A DNA stretch of 62,519 nt from Patescibacteria group bacterium (GTDB lineage Bacteria; Patescibacteriota; Patescibacteriia; UBA10025; JAHIVO01). Below, piece by piece: positions 28,395 to 39,217 of the stretch. The notes beneath the pieces are model-generated. The model was not told where the DNA came from. It saw nothing but the letters and a program-made list of their open reading frames with translations, and did not search any database. Position 1 is the stretch's first letter. Each line of letters begins with the position of its first letter. The stretch covers positions 1 through 62,519 of the forward strand of contig JADFTK010000001.1 of assembly GCA_022560375.1 (NCBI GenBank). The letters are read 5' to 3'. A program made the position numbers and the translations under genes.

Positions 28395-29873
28395 ATGAAT
28401 GACACCGCCGTGTCAAATGAAGGTAATAATAATTTTCAAGAGAGGATTCTAAAGAATACAAGCTACTTAGCGGTTGCTTTCATTCTGCAAAAGATTCTCT
28501 CTTTTTTGTACTTTATTTACTTAGCAAGAATTTTAGGTCCGGAGGACTTGGGTCTTTATGATCCCATAAAATCCTTGATTCCTATATTGCTCATACTGAT
28601 CGACTTCAGTCTTAGCGTCGTCCTGGTTAGAGAAATTGCCAGAAAGCCGCACAAGGCTGCAGAATATTTAAGTAGCGTACTTGGTATTAAAGTTGTTTTT
28701 GCTTTTGTGATAATCCTTATCATGGGACTGTTTACTAATTTTTCTTCTTATTCAACTCTGATAAAAACAATTCTATACCTTGACGCCATTATTGTCGTGC
28801 TAGACACTTTTACTCTGACCTTTTTCGCCGTGTTTAGGGGGCTACAAAATTTGAAGTATGAGTCTTTGGGTATAATAGGAACTCAGGTAATTACTATTAT
28901 ATTTGGTGTAATCGCCCTGCAGCAAGATTTGGGACTGCAATATTTATTTATTGCGGTTGCTTTTGGCAGCATTTTTAACTTTATATTTTCTTATTCCATG
29001 CTCAGGAAAAAGCTGAAATTAAAGATCAGACTGCATTGGAATATAGATATTATAAAAAGATTTCTAAGAATAGCCATTCCTTTTGCTATAGCGGCTATAT
29101 TTGTAAAAATTTATACCTTTACTGACAGATTCTTACTCCTTTTGATGTCAGGACAAAGCCATGTTGGCTGGTATGTAACTGCTCATAAATTAACTTTTGC
29201 TTTAGAATTTATTCCCTCGGCATTTGCGGCAAGCATATTCCCGGCCATGAGCGCTTATTACATGTATTCGCGCACGAAGCTTTCTAAAATATTTGAGAAA
29301 ACCACCCACTATTTAATGATAATCGCTATGCCCATCTCGTTTGGGATGGTAATATTAGCAGACAAAATAATACTAACGCTCTATGGCTCGGATTTTGAAA
29401 CATCGATACTGCCTTTAAGAATACTAATTTCAAGCTTAATAGTTGTATTTTTGAATTTTCCAGTAGGGGCACTCTTGAATGCTTGTAATAAGCAAGTTGT
29501 TAATACTATAAATATGGGTATAGTTGTGGTAATTAACGTCGCTCTGAACCTCATTTTAATAAAAGAATACAGTTTTAACGGTGCAGCGATATCAGCTTTT
29601 GTCAGCGGATTCATCCTATTCTTCCTGGGGTTAAGATGGGTTGGAAAAATTATTGATTATGATAAAATATTCCTTTTAAAAACATTGGGCAAGGTAATGG
29701 GTGCATCTATGATAATGGCCATATTGCTTTACTTCTCAAGAGAATTGCTATCGATTTACATTTCCATTCCATTGGGCATGGTCACCTATTTTGTATTCTT
29801 ATACTTGTTTAAGGGCATATCGAAAGATGATTTAGGTACTCTGTACCGTTCAATTAGGAAAAGGATTGCATAA
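28395..29873 (+). CDS. Wzx-type oligosaccharide flippase
   Basis: RILKNT...YLARILGPEDLGLY; many TM segments; heads a GT cluster. Confidence 0.88.
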   Translation: MNDTAVSNEGNNNFQERILKNTSYLAVAFILQKILSFLYFIYLARILGPEDLGLYDPIKSLIPILLILIDFSLSVVLVREIARKPHKAAEYLSSVLGIKVVFAFVIILIMGLFTNFSSYSTLIKTILYLDAIIVVLDTFTLTFFAVFRGLQNLKYESLGIIGTQVITIIFGVIALQQDLGLQYLFIAVAFGSIFNFIFSYSMLRKKLKLKIRLHWNIDIIKRFLRIAIPFAIAAIFVKIYTFTDRFLLLLMSGQSHVGWYVTAHKLTFALEFIPSAFAASIFPAMSAYYMYSRTKLSKIFEKTTHYLMIIAMPISFGMVILADKIILTLYGSDFETSILPLRILISSLIVVFLNFPVGALLNACNKQVVNTINMGIVVVINVALNLILIKEYSFNGAAISAFVSGFILFFLGLRWVGKIIDYDKIFLLKTLGKVMGASMIMAILLYFSRELLSIYISIPLGMVTYFVFLYLFKGISKDDLGTLYRSIRKRIA

Positions 29874-29876
29874 ATT

Positions 29877-31019
29877 ATGAAAAAATCACTACTCGTTACC
29901 ATGGATTATCCCCCCATAAGGGGCGGTACCAGCCATACCTTGTGGCAATTCAGTACTCAATTCCCGAGTGACGATCTTTTTGTCTTAACTGAACTAAGTG
30001 AAATATATATAGACGCTGATTTTGAAATTATTAGAAAGAAATTTCACTCAAAATCTAGATATGTTTGGCCAAAATGGCTACCATTATATAGGCATATCAG
30101 AAAAATAATCAAGGAAAAGGGGATAAGTATAATACAGGTCGGACAAATACTTCCCATTGGCACAGTCGCCCTGTTAATTAAAAAATTACATAAAACCCCT
30201 TATGTAGTATACGTCTACGGCCAAGACTTGGTGATTATGAGAAGGTCTAAACGTAAGTTTTTTTTGATCAAAAAAATACTAGAAAATGCTGATGGCATAA
30301 TAGCCTGTAGTAACTACACTAAAGAGTTGGCAGTTTCACTAGGAGCTGATCCGGAAAAATCTTTGGTGGCCTATCCTTGCCCCCGCTTACATTCAAATGT
30401 TGAAGTTTTGCAGCAAGAAATTGATAGCTTTATCCAAAATAATAATTTGGCAGGTAAAAAAATATTATTATCAGTAGGGAATCTAGTTAGAAGAAAAGGG
30501 CACGATATGGTTTTGAAATCGTTGCCACAGTTAATAAAAGAAATACCAAATTTATTATATCTCATCGTTGGTAAGGGACCTGAAAAGGGGAGGTTAGTCG
30601 GATTAATCAAAAGTTTGAATTTGAAAGCATTTGTAAAGATAGTAGATAACGTACCTAACAGTAAATTAGCGCTGTATTATAAATGCGCCGATTTATTTAT
30701 CATGCCTTCTCGAGAGCTAAAAAATAAATATAACGAAACCATAGACGTTGAAGGTTTCGGTCTTGTTTTCATTGAGGCTAATATGTTCGGGATTCCTGTT
30801 ATCGGCGGAAGGTCTGGTGGGATACCTGAGGCAATCGCCGATGGTATCTCCGGATTATTGGTAGATCCCCATGATGAATATGACATCGCCAAGGCCGTAA
30901 AAAAATTACTAAGTGACGAGAAATACTCAAGGCAATTGGGAGAAAATGGGCGGCAAAGAGCTATAAATAATTTCAAGATATCGGAAGAGAGTAAAAAAAT
31001 TATGAGCCTTTTAAAATGA
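29877..31019 (+). CDS. Glycosyltransferase family 4
   Basis: DYPP..GG, VG.L..RKG.D, EGFGLVFIEA, GRSGGIPEA. Confidence 0.92.
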   Translation: MKKSLLVTMDYPPIRGGTSHTLWQFSTQFPSDDLFVLTELSEIYIDADFEIIRKKFHSKSRYVWPKWLPLYRHIRKIIKEKGISIIQVGQILPIGTVALLIKKLHKTPYVVYVYGQDLVIMRRSKRKFFLIKKILENADGIIACSNYTKELAVSLGADPEKSLVAYPCPRLHSNVEVLQQEIDSFIQNNNLAGKKILLSVGNLVRRKGHDMVLKSLPQLIKEIPNLLYLIVGKGPEKGRLVGLIKSLNLKAFVKIVDNVPNSKLALYYKCADLFIMPSRELKNKYNETIDVEGFGLVFIEANMFGIPVIGGRSGGIPEAIADGISGLLVDPHDEYDIAKAVKKLLSDEKYSRQLGENGRQRAINNFKISEESKKIMSLLK

Positions 31020-31663
31020 GCAAAGATCTGATTAGCATAATCATCCCTTGCTACCAAGCTGCTAAGACTCTTGATAAAACACTAAATGATATCTATAACC
31101 AGACTTACGAACCGATTGAGATAATTGCGGTGAACGATGGCTCGACTGATAAAACTGGTGAAATATTGGATCAGCACCAAGATAGAATATTGGTAATTGA
31201 TCAAGATAATAACGGAGCCCCCGCAGCGAGGAATGCTGGTTTTGAAAGATCGAAGGGAGAGTATATATTATTTTGCGATGCCGACGTTAGGCTAAACCCG
31301 AGAATGATCGAGTTAATGCATCAGACATTGCTAAATAATCCGGATAAAGCGTACTGTTACTCCAATTTCAAGTTTGGCGTACATACTTTTGATTTATTCC
31401 CTTTCGATCCTGAACGGTTGGAAAAAGAGAACTACATAAGCACTATGTCTCTGATCAGAAGAGAAAACTTTATTGGGTTCGATGAAAACCTCAGTAAATT
31501 TCAAGACTGGGATTTATGGAAAAGAATGCTCAGGAAGAATTATTATGGAGTCTGGCACCCAGAAAGGCTTTTCAGCTCACCAATTAATAAAGGGGGAATT
31601 TCCGGGTATAGCTTGATAGGTTTGTTGAAAATAATCTACAGAAAACTTAAATTAAACAAGTAA
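31016..31663 (+). CDS. Glycosyltransferase family 2
   Basis: SIIIPCY, VNDGSTD, ARNAG, DAD, QDWDLW. Confidence 0.92.
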   Translation: MSKDLISIIIPCYQAAKTLDKTLNDIYNQTYEPIEIIAVNDGSTDKTGEILDQHQDRILVIDQDNNGAPAARNAGFERSKGEYILFCDADVRLNPRMIELMHQTLLNNPDKAYCYSNFKFGVHTFDLFPFDPERLEKENYISTMSLIRRENFIGFDENLSKFQDWDLWKRMLRKNYYGVWHPERLFSSPINKGGISGYSLIGLLKIIYRKLKLNK

Positions 31664-31699
31664 TTATACCTATTGCGGGTGCATAAAAAAGTAGGTAAA

Positions 31700-32578
31700 A
31701 TGGATTATATGGATGTATCCGTTATAATAGTATCTTGGAAGGTAAGAGATTTACTTAGAAATTGCCTACAGTCAATATATAAAGAAACTAAAAACCTCAA
31801 TTTTGAGGTTTTTGTAGTTGATAATAATTCCGGGGACGGTACCAGTGAGATGGTACTTAATGAGTTCTCGCAAGTTAGACTAATTACCAACCAAAAGAAC
31901 TTGGGTTTTGCTAAAGCCAACAACTCAGCTATAAAAAAATCACTTGGCTCTACCATACTTTTACTGAATCCTGATGTAAAAATTACTGATAATGCTATTA
32001 AAAAATCCTTTGACTTCCTCAAAAGTCGAAACGATATAGGCATAGTAGGCTGTAAAATTTTAAACAATGATGGGTCAATCCAAAAATCAGTAAGGAAATT
32101 TCCCGATCTAGTATCTCACGTTATTATTCTATTAAAACTGCATAACTTCATCAACAACTTTAGGTCTATCAAAAAATATTATATGCTAGATTTCCCGGGT
32201 AACAAAACCAGGCAAGTGGACCAGGTCATGGGCGCTTTCTATATGATCAGGAGGGAATTAATCGACCAGATAGGGTTACTCGATGGTCATTTTTTTGTTT
32301 GGTATGAAGAGGTTGATTACTGTAAAAGGGCTATCCAGGCAGGATGGAAAACTTTTTTTTACGCAGAAACCTTTATTAAGCACAGTAAGGGACAAAGCTT
32401 TTCAAGGTTAAAGCCTATGTCTAAGCAATTTATCCTAAACAGGAGTATGCTCTATTATTTTTATAAGCATCATTCGAAATTTGACTACCTAGTTATCTTG
32501 TTACTATACCCTGTTAGTATTTTTTTAGCCGGGGTAGTTCAAATGTTATCTATCAAGAAAAGGTCAAATAATTTTTAG
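31700..32578 (+). CDS. Glycosyltransferase family 2
   Basis: VVDNNSGDG, NLGFAKANN, LLNPD, YEEVDYC; start 31700 or 31709. Confidence 0.9.
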   Translation: MDYMDVSVIIVSWKVRDLLRNCLQSIYKETKNLNFEVFVVDNNSGDGTSEMVLNEFSQVRLITNQKNLGFAKANNSAIKKSLGSTILLLNPDVKITDNAIKKSFDFLKSRNDIGIVGCKILNNDGSIQKSVRKFPDLVSHVIILLKLHNFINNFRSIKKYYMLDFPGNKTRQVDQVMGAFYMIRRELIDQIGLLDGHFFVWYEEVDYCKRAIQAGWKTFFYAETFIKHSKGQSFSRLKPMSKQFILNRSMLYYFYKHHSKFDYLVILLLYPVSIFLAGVVQMLSIKKRSNNF

Positions 32579-32583
32579 TCTGT

Positions 32584-34104
32584 ATGAGTAAATTAAAACT
32601 ATATGGTGATTATTTCAAAATAACGTTTTGGTCAATCATCATAATTGAGACATTATCATTTTTAGGTCACAACTTTTCGTTGGTAAACCAAATTTTATTT
32701 CCCTTGATCATCTTGGCCACTTTCATTATCAGCCTGAGGAAGCTGGAGTACGGATTTTGGATTGTTATGGTGGAGTTATTCATTGGATCATTCGGCTATT
32801 TATTTTCTTACGATACTGATGAGTTTAGGCTGTCGATCCGGTTAGGTGTATTCGTCGCCCTCATTCTGGCTTTTATCATTAAATCTGTAAGAGAAAAAAA
32901 AGTAAGTTTCTATAAAACCAAACTATACCGGCCATTTATTATTTTTGTGTCCTTCGTAGCACTCGGCGTGGTGGTGGGCTTGGTGAAAGGTAATGAAGTA
33001 AAGGATATTTTTTTCGATTTCAACGCGTATTTATATTTTGCTCTAATATTCGTTTCGTATAGTGTATTAACTTCCTGGGACAGAATAAATAAGTTACTCC
33101 AGATACTTTTTGCATCGGTCAGCGTGATAGCTATTAAAACATTTTTCCTACTTTCTTATTTTGCCCATCAAACAAATGACGGTTTAGTGCGGCTAGTATA
33201 TACCTGGGTGAGGGATACACGGGTTGGAGAAATTTCCCTAATCGCCCAGGACTATTTTCGAATCTTTTTCCAGAGCCATATATGGAGTTTGTTCGTGGGA
33301 ATAATTTGTCTGGTTTTTTTGGTAATGTTAAATAAGAATGATACTGACAGGTCTAATAGAAGAATAAGTTGGATTGTCGGAATATTGTCAAGCACGGCAC
33401 TCATAATAAGCTTTTCCAGGAGTATTTGGCTTTCAATATTGATAACAGTACTGATATTTTTTGGGTATGTGCTAAAAAAAAAGAATCTGGGTGCTTCAGT
33501 ATTTTTAAAAGCAGTTTTAGTTATGGCCGTTATACTAATTCTAGAAGTCGTTTTCATTACCGGGTTAGTGAATTTCAAGTTACCCGGGGGTAGTTCAAAT
33601 AATATTTCCACCGCTTCCTTGATCAGGGACCGCATAACTGTTACTGACGAGCCGGCTCTGGGGAGTAGATTCCAGCTACTAAAGCCTTTGTGGTCTAAAG
33701 CTCTGGAAAGTCCCGTAGTAGGCAGCGGGTTTGGGACAACTATAACGTATAAAACGCTGGACCCAAGAACGAAGGAATTAAATGGGGGGCAGTATACCAC
33801 TTACTCGTTTGAGTGGGGCTATTTGGATTTGCTGGTAAAGCTTGGTGTGTTTGGGTTACTGGCCTATATGTATTTTTTATGGAAACTTCTAAAGATTGGT
33901 TTGCAATCGTTAAGTAGATTATCTAATAAAGAGGAGTATTATTTGGTATTTGGCCTAGCGCTATCTTTAATTTCTTTATTAGTAGTACATTTTACGACGC
34001 CTTATTTAAACCATCCTCTCGGAATAACCCTTATAGTACTGTTAGCAGCAATTTTCGAAAAAATATTTAGGGGAGACTTGTCAGTCCAGGGTATCAAATC
34101 TTGA
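32584..34104 (+). CDS. O-antigen ligase/polymerase-like (Wzy_C) membrane protein
   Basis: Polytopic; SFSRS.W, R...L...P..GSGFG, LL.KLG..GL. Confidence 0.8.
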   Translation: MSKLKLYGDYFKITFWSIIIIETLSFLGHNFSLVNQILFPLIILATFIISLRKLEYGFWIVMVELFIGSFGYLFSYDTDEFRLSIRLGVFVALILAFIIKSVREKKVSFYKTKLYRPFIIFVSFVALGVVVGLVKGNEVKDIFFDFNAYLYFALIFVSYSVLTSWDRINKLLQILFASVSVIAIKTFFLLSYFAHQTNDGLVRLVYTWVRDTRVGEISLIAQDYFRIFFQSHIWSLFVGIICLVFLVMLNKNDTDRSNRRISWIVGILSSTALIISFSRSIWLSILITVLIFFGYVLKKKNLGASVFLKAVLVMAVILILEVVFITGLVNFKLPGGSSNNISTASLIRDRITVTDEPALGSRFQLLKPLWSKALESPVVGSGFGTTITYKTLDPRTKELNGGQYTTYSFEWGYLDLLVKLGVFGLLAYMYFLWKLLKIGLQSLSRLSNKEEYYLVFGLALSLISLLVVHFTTPYLNHPLGITLIVLLAAIFEKIFRGDLSVQGIKS

Positions 34105-34161
34105 AAAAAACCCCAAAATTTGTTATAGTTTAGCCTAACTATATTCAAATGAAGCAAATAT

Positions 34162-34992
34162 ATGCTTGATCTCTCAGTAATAATTGTAAATTTCAACGGG
34201 AGGGGATTACTAAGGCAGTGTTTGAAATCCCTTCTTACCAATTTAGCTGGTAGCTCTCTAAAATATAAAGCGCTTGTAGTTGATAATAATTCAAGTGATG
34301 GAAGTGTCGATATGGTACGGGAACAATTTCCCGAGGTAAGATTGATACCCCTCAAAGAAAATGGTGGCTATGCCAAAGCAGTAAATGTGGGGATAAAATC
34401 GATAGAAAGCAGATATTACTTAATATTGAATATGGACACTACCATTGTCCAGAAAGAGGCCTTGGATAAAATGGTTATATTCATGGACAATCACCCCCAA
34501 GTAGGATTGGCAGGCCCTAAACTCATAAACCCCAACGGTTCAACGCAAGTATCTACCTGCGTATTTCCAAAATTTACCTACCCAATTTACCGAAGAACGT
34601 TCCTGAGCAAAATGCAGTTTACAAAAAAGGCTATCAGAGATTACCTGATGCTTGACTGGGATCATAAGGACTCCATGGCCGTTGACTGGGTGATTGGCAC
34701 CGGATTATTAGTGAGAAATGAGGCCATTCAACAAATAGGACTCATGGATGAACGCTTCTTCATGTATTTCGAGGATGTAGATTGGTGCCGGCGCATGTGG
34801 GACAGTGGCTGGCAGGTATTTTACATAGCCGATATAGAGATTGTGCACTACTACAGTAGAGATTCCGCGAAACAGAAAGGCTTTATTTCGCTATTCAGTA
34901 AAATTACCAGAATACACATCGCCTCGTGGTTAAAATATTTCATGAAGTATTCAGGAAAAAATCAAATACATGCTGCACAAAAAGAGAAATAA
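34162..34992 (+). CDS. Glycosyltransferase family 2
   Basis: VVDNNSSDGS, N.GYAKAVN.G, DERFFMYFEDVDWC. Confidence 0.92.
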   Translation: MLDLSVIIVNFNGRGLLRQCLKSLLTNLAGSSLKYKALVVDNNSSDGSVDMVREQFPEVRLIPLKENGGYAKAVNVGIKSIESRYYLILNMDTTIVQKEALDKMVIFMDNHPQVGLAGPKLINPNGSTQVSTCVFPKFTYPIYRRTFLSKMQFTKKAIRDYLMLDWDHKDSMAVDWVIGTGLLVRNEAIQQIGLMDERFFMYFEDVDWCRRMWDSGWQVFYIADIEIVHYYSRDSAKQKGFISLFSKITRIHIASWLKYFMKYSGKNQIHAAQKEK

Positions 34993-36928
34993 TTTTCTCA
35001 GGCCAGCCAAAGGCAAAAGAAAAAAATATAAATGGCAAAAAAAGAAATGGGTTAAATATCTAATTTTTAGTTTACTGACGATTGCTATAGTAGGCACCTC
35101 CTTATTTTTAATTTATAAAAAACCGGCTACCCTTGTTTTTCAAGACAGCCTGGCTGGGAGAGATAATTTTTTGAAAGCTCAGGAGCAGCTCGTCAACCAA
35201 GACTTTACCAAGGCCGGAGAGTCCCTAAATTTAGCAATAAATAATTTTACTAGCGCCCAAAACGAATTTAGTAAATTCAAGTGGCTAAAAATACTACCCT
35301 GGGTGGGAGCTCAACTTTCAGCAGTTGATAATTTGTTAAGTGCCGGAATTAGTACCGGCCAATCAATCCTCATAATAAATGAGATTGCCATATCTATAAT
35401 CTCTCCTTTAGAAAAAAATGAAAATATCAGTTTAAACAGTCTCACACAGGATGAAACTACCCAATTATTAAAACGTATATTTGAGTCTAAATCAGCTTTG
35501 GAGGATGCGAAAGACTCAATCGATAATGCCGTAATATCCGTAAATAATATTCCTGATAAAGGTTTAATTAAAAAAATCAAAGAAGCGGCTGCCCCTTTGA
35601 AAGAAAGGGTTCCTCAGCTACAATCTACGATTGACCAAGCGATATCAGCCAGTCAAATTATCCCTTCTATTGCCGGATATCCTGAAGACAAAACATATTT
35701 ATTCCTTTTACAAAATAATACCGAACTTAGGCCTACCGGCGGATTTATTGGCACCTATGGCATACTAAAGGTTGTCAATGGAGACATAGATAACTTCGTT
35801 ACTGATAATGTTTACAACCTGGACGAGCCAGCAGAAGAGTGGCTATTTGAGGAGCCACCCTGGCCCTTAACTAGATATAACAAGGTGTTTCAATGGTTTT
35901 TTAGGGATTCCAATTGGTCACCTGATTTTCCAACCGCCGCCCAAAAAGCTGAATGGTTTTACCATGCTGAGCGTGGCCCGGAAAAAGATATCGATGGCGT
36001 CATTGCCGTGACCCCTACTTTCATTCAATCATTACTGAGCCTAACGGGCGAAATTAAAGTCAACGGCTTGAATTTTAACAACGAGAATCTGGTAGACACT
36101 CTGCAATTCCAGGTTGACGAGGGTTTTCTGAGACAAGGGATAGAAGAAAGTGCCCGCAAAGAAATAATTGGAGTTTTATCAAAAAAATTACTGGATGGTA
36201 TTTTGGATTTACCCAAAAGTAAGTGGCCTGAATTATGGGAGATATTTACTAAAGATATAAATGAAAAACATATATTAATCTACGTTAAGGATGATTATGT
36301 ACAAAATTTTATAATAAAAGAAAATTGGGGAGGCGCCATAAAACCGGTGGACTATGACTATGTAACTGTTATTGATGCAAACCTAGCCAGTTTAAAATCT
36401 GATCCCGGGGTCAAAAGAACAATATCGTATATGGTTCGCCGGGATTCAGGTAATTTAATCGCCGACTTGTCCATTTCTTATAAAAACGAAGGTACCATAA
36501 CTTGGAAAACTACCAGGTATCGTACATATGTCAGAGTATATGTCCCTAAAGGCGCCAAGCTTCTTAAGTCAGAAGGTGCTATGGTTGACTGTAAAATAAA
36601 AGAAGAAGGAAGCATCGAGCAAACAGAAGAGCATGATAAATCAGTATTTGGCACCTTTATTTGTATTGAGCCGGATGAAGAAAAAATTTTAAAATTAAAA
36701 TACAAATTACCTGATAGCATATATGAAAACTTTAAAAGAAATGATGTCTACCAGCTTCTAGTGCAAAAACAAGCCGGCACAGCAAATTACAATTTAAATA
36801 TCACCATTGATTTAAACAAAAATCCCAAGGCTGTTGAAGGTGTTGACAATTATGAGAAAAGAGATAATAATAAAATTTTGATTTCTACAGACTTAGCGAA
36901 TGATAAGCAATTAGATATATACTATTAA
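34970..36928 (+). CDS. DUF4012 domain membrane-anchored protein
   Basis: YLFLLQNNTELRPTGGFIG, RDSNWSPDFP, IDGVIA, KQAG. Confidence 0.88.
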   Translation: MLHKKRNNFLRPAKGKRKKYKWQKKKWVKYLIFSLLTIAIVGTSLFLIYKKPATLVFQDSLAGRDNFLKAQEQLVNQDFTKAGESLNLAINNFTSAQNEFSKFKWLKILPWVGAQLSAVDNLLSAGISTGQSILIINEIAISIISPLEKNENISLNSLTQDETTQLLKRIFESKSALEDAKDSIDNAVISVNNIPDKGLIKKIKEAAAPLKERVPQLQSTIDQAISASQIIPSIAGYPEDKTYLFLLQNNTELRPTGGFIGTYGILKVVNGDIDNFVTDNVYNLDEPAEEWLFEEPPWPLTRYNKVFQWFFRDSNWSPDFPTAAQKAEWFYHAERGPEKDIDGVIAVTPTFIQSLLSLTGEIKVNGLNFNNENLVDTLQFQVDEGFLRQGIEESARKEIIGVLSKKLLDGILDLPKSKWPELWEIFTKDINEKHILIYVKDDYVQNFIIKENWGGAIKPVDYDYVTVIDANLASLKSDPGVKRTISYMVRRDSGNLIADLSISYKNEGTITWKTTRYRTYVRVYVPKGAKLLKSEGAMVDCKIKEEGSIEQTEEHDKSVFGTFICIEPDEEKILKLKYKLPDSIYENFKRNDVYQLLVQKQAGTANYNLNITIDLNKNPKAVEGVDNYEKRDNNKILISTDLANDKQLDIYY

Positions 36929-36932
36929 TATT

Positions 36933-37940
36933 ATGCTTTCTAAAAAACTAGCAATTGATTTGGGCACAACCTATTCACTAGTCTATTTACCTGGACGTGG
37001 CATAGTCATTAATGAACCCTCGGTGGTAGCAATCTCACTCAGTGATAAAAAAGTAATGGCCGTCGGCCTAGAGGCCAAAGAAATGATCGGACGGACCCCC
37101 GACACTATTGTCGCTTCGAGACCACTAAAAGACGGGGTTATAGCTGACTATCGAACCACCCAGGCCATGATAAAATATTTCATCAATAAAGCCCTGGGGG
37201 GGATAAGGTTTTTCCGCCCGGAGGTGATGATAGCCGTGCCTGCTGGGATTACATCGACTGAGCGCCGAGCTGTTATTGAAGCCACTTTGCAGGCTGGAGC
37301 CAAAGCAGCCTATATCATAAAAGAACCCGTGGCAGCAGCCATCGGAGCAAATATCCCTATTGGGTCAGCCTCTGGACATATGATAGTTGACATAGGAGGC
37401 GGAACCACGGAAGTGGCAGTAATATCGTTAGGTGGAATGGTCGCTAATGCCTCCGTCAGAATAGGAGGCACGAAATTAGATGCTGCCATACAGGAATTCA
37501 TAAGAAAAAAATACAGCCTATCCATCGGTGAGCGCACAGCGGAGGAGCTAAAAATCAGCATAGGATCAGCTTTGCCTTTAGAAGAAGCACAGTACATGGA
37601 TGTTAGGGGCAGGGACTCTATACAAGGATTGCCCAAAACCATCACTGTTGAAAGTGATGACGTAACTGAAGCAATCCAGGACGAATTAGGCGGGATAATT
37701 CAGGCTATTAAATCGGTACTTCAGGAAACTCCACCGGAACTTTCTGCCGACATTATGGACAAAGGCATGGTACTTTCTGGCGGTACCGCCTTGCTGCGCA
37801 ACCTGGATAAATTACTTGCGAGGGCAATTGGAATCCCGGCTTATGTTGCTGATGAAGCACAATTGTGCGTGGCCAAAGGAACCGGCATTGCCTTGGAAAA
37901 CCTGGAGTCATACAAAAAAAGTATTCTGGCTACAAAATAA
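36933..37940 (+). CDS. mreB: Rod shape-determining protein MreB, paralog 1
   Basis: IDLGT, NEPSVVA, RPLKDGVIAD, EPVAAAIGA, DIGGGTTE. Confidence 0.95.
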   Translation: MLSKKLAIDLGTTYSLVYLPGRGIVINEPSVVAISLSDKKVMAVGLEAKEMIGRTPDTIVASRPLKDGVIADYRTTQAMIKYFINKALGGIRFFRPEVMIAVPAGITSTERRAVIEATLQAGAKAAYIIKEPVAAAIGANIPIGSASGHMIVDIGGGTTEVAVISLGGMVANASVRIGGTKLDAAIQEFIRKKYSLSIGERTAEELKISIGSALPLEEAQYMDVRGRDSIQGLPKTITVESDDVTEAIQDELGGIIQAIKSVLQETPPELSADIMDKGMVLSGGTALLRNLDKLLARAIGIPAYVADEAQLCVAKGTGIALENLESYKKSILATK

Positions 37941-39139
37941 TGATTATCGGCATAGACGCTTCACGGGCAAATGTAAAAAATCGGACAGGCACTGAATGGT
38001 ACGCCTACTATCTGATCGAAGAATTTAAAAAAATGGCTGATCCGAAGGATCAGTTTATTTTGTACTCCAAGGAAGTCCTGCAAGGATCACTAGGTAATCT
38101 ACCTCATAACTTCACCAGCAAAGTACTTAGCTGGCCCCCAGGACTACTGTGGACACAAATTAGATTAGCCTGGGAGATGCTATGGCATGCTCCTGACGCG
38201 TTGTTCGTGCCAGCACATACTATCCCCATTATTACTCCTTCCCGGACCATAACCACACTACATGACATTGGTTTTGAAAAATACGAGCATTTATACAAAA
38301 ATAAGGAGATTGGTCCCCATAATTACTTATTGAGAAAAATACTCAAATTCCTAGTTCGCTTATTCACCTTGGGGAAGTATAGTACGACCGAGCTTGATTA
38401 TCACCGTTGGTCCACGCGATTAGCTCTAAAGAAAGCCTCCCAGGTCATCACCATATCACAATTCTCTAAGCAGGAGATTGTCAGTAAATTTGGAATTAAG
38501 GAATCTCTCCTCGTGGTAATTCCGAATGGATTCAGCCCGTCATATGTACATATTACTGACTCTTATAAAATTAATTCCGTACTAAAAAAATATAGCCTTG
38601 ATTCACCGTATTTTCTGTTTATTGGACGATTAGAAGAGAAGAAAAATATTACAGGTCTGCTAGAGGGATTCTCATACTATAAAAAAAGATTCGATTCCGC
38701 CGCCAAAATGATTTTGGTCGGAACACCCGGACATGGATTTAAAAAAATTCAGGATACAATAAATGCCCATTCTCTTTCGGATAGTGTGATGCTGCCCGGC
38801 TGGATAGGTGAGGATGAATTAAATTTACTCATGAACGGAGCAGATATATTTATATTTCCCTCATGGTATGAGGGCTTTGGCATGCCAATCTTAGAGGCTA
38901 TGGCCTGTGGTACTCCTGTCATTACCTCCAATAGGGGTGCCACCAAAGAAACTGCTGGCCAGGCAGCCTATCTCGTTGACCCCGCCAATGCTACTGAGAT
39001 TGGGGAAGGTATTAATAAAATATTATCAGACCACAATCTCCGAGACCATCTTATTGATCAAGGCTTTAAAAGAATAAAAAAATACTCCTGGTCGAATACG
39101 GCACGTCAGGTACTTAAGATTATCACGATTCCTAAATAA
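37940..39139 (+). CDS. Glycosyltransferase family 4
   Basis: Likely start ATG 37940 (TAATG overlap); IGIDASR, TG.E.Y, KKN, FPSWYEGFGMPILEAMACG. Confidence 0.92.
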   Translation: MIIGIDASRANVKNRTGTEWYAYYLIEEFKKMADPKDQFILYSKEVLQGSLGNLPHNFTSKVLSWPPGLLWTQIRLAWEMLWHAPDALFVPAHTIPIITPSRTITTLHDIGFEKYEHLYKNKEIGPHNYLLRKILKFLVRLFTLGKYSTTELDYHRWSTRLALKKASQVITISQFSKQEIVSKFGIKESLLVVIPNGFSPSYVHITDSYKINSVLKKYSLDSPYFLFIGRLEEKKNITGLLEGFSYYKKRFDSAAKMILVGTPGHGFKKIQDTINAHSLSDSVMLPGWIGEDELNLLMNGADIFIFPSWYEGFGMPILEAMACGTPVITSNRGATKETAGQAAYLVDPANATEIGEGINKILSDHNLRDHLIDQGFKRIKKYSWSNTARQVLKIITIPK

Positions 39140-39217
39140 ACTACGCCCTAATGTACTAAACCGCCAACTTGCCAAACAAGGGCATTTATGTTACTTTATG
39201 GTATACTAATCACCAAT

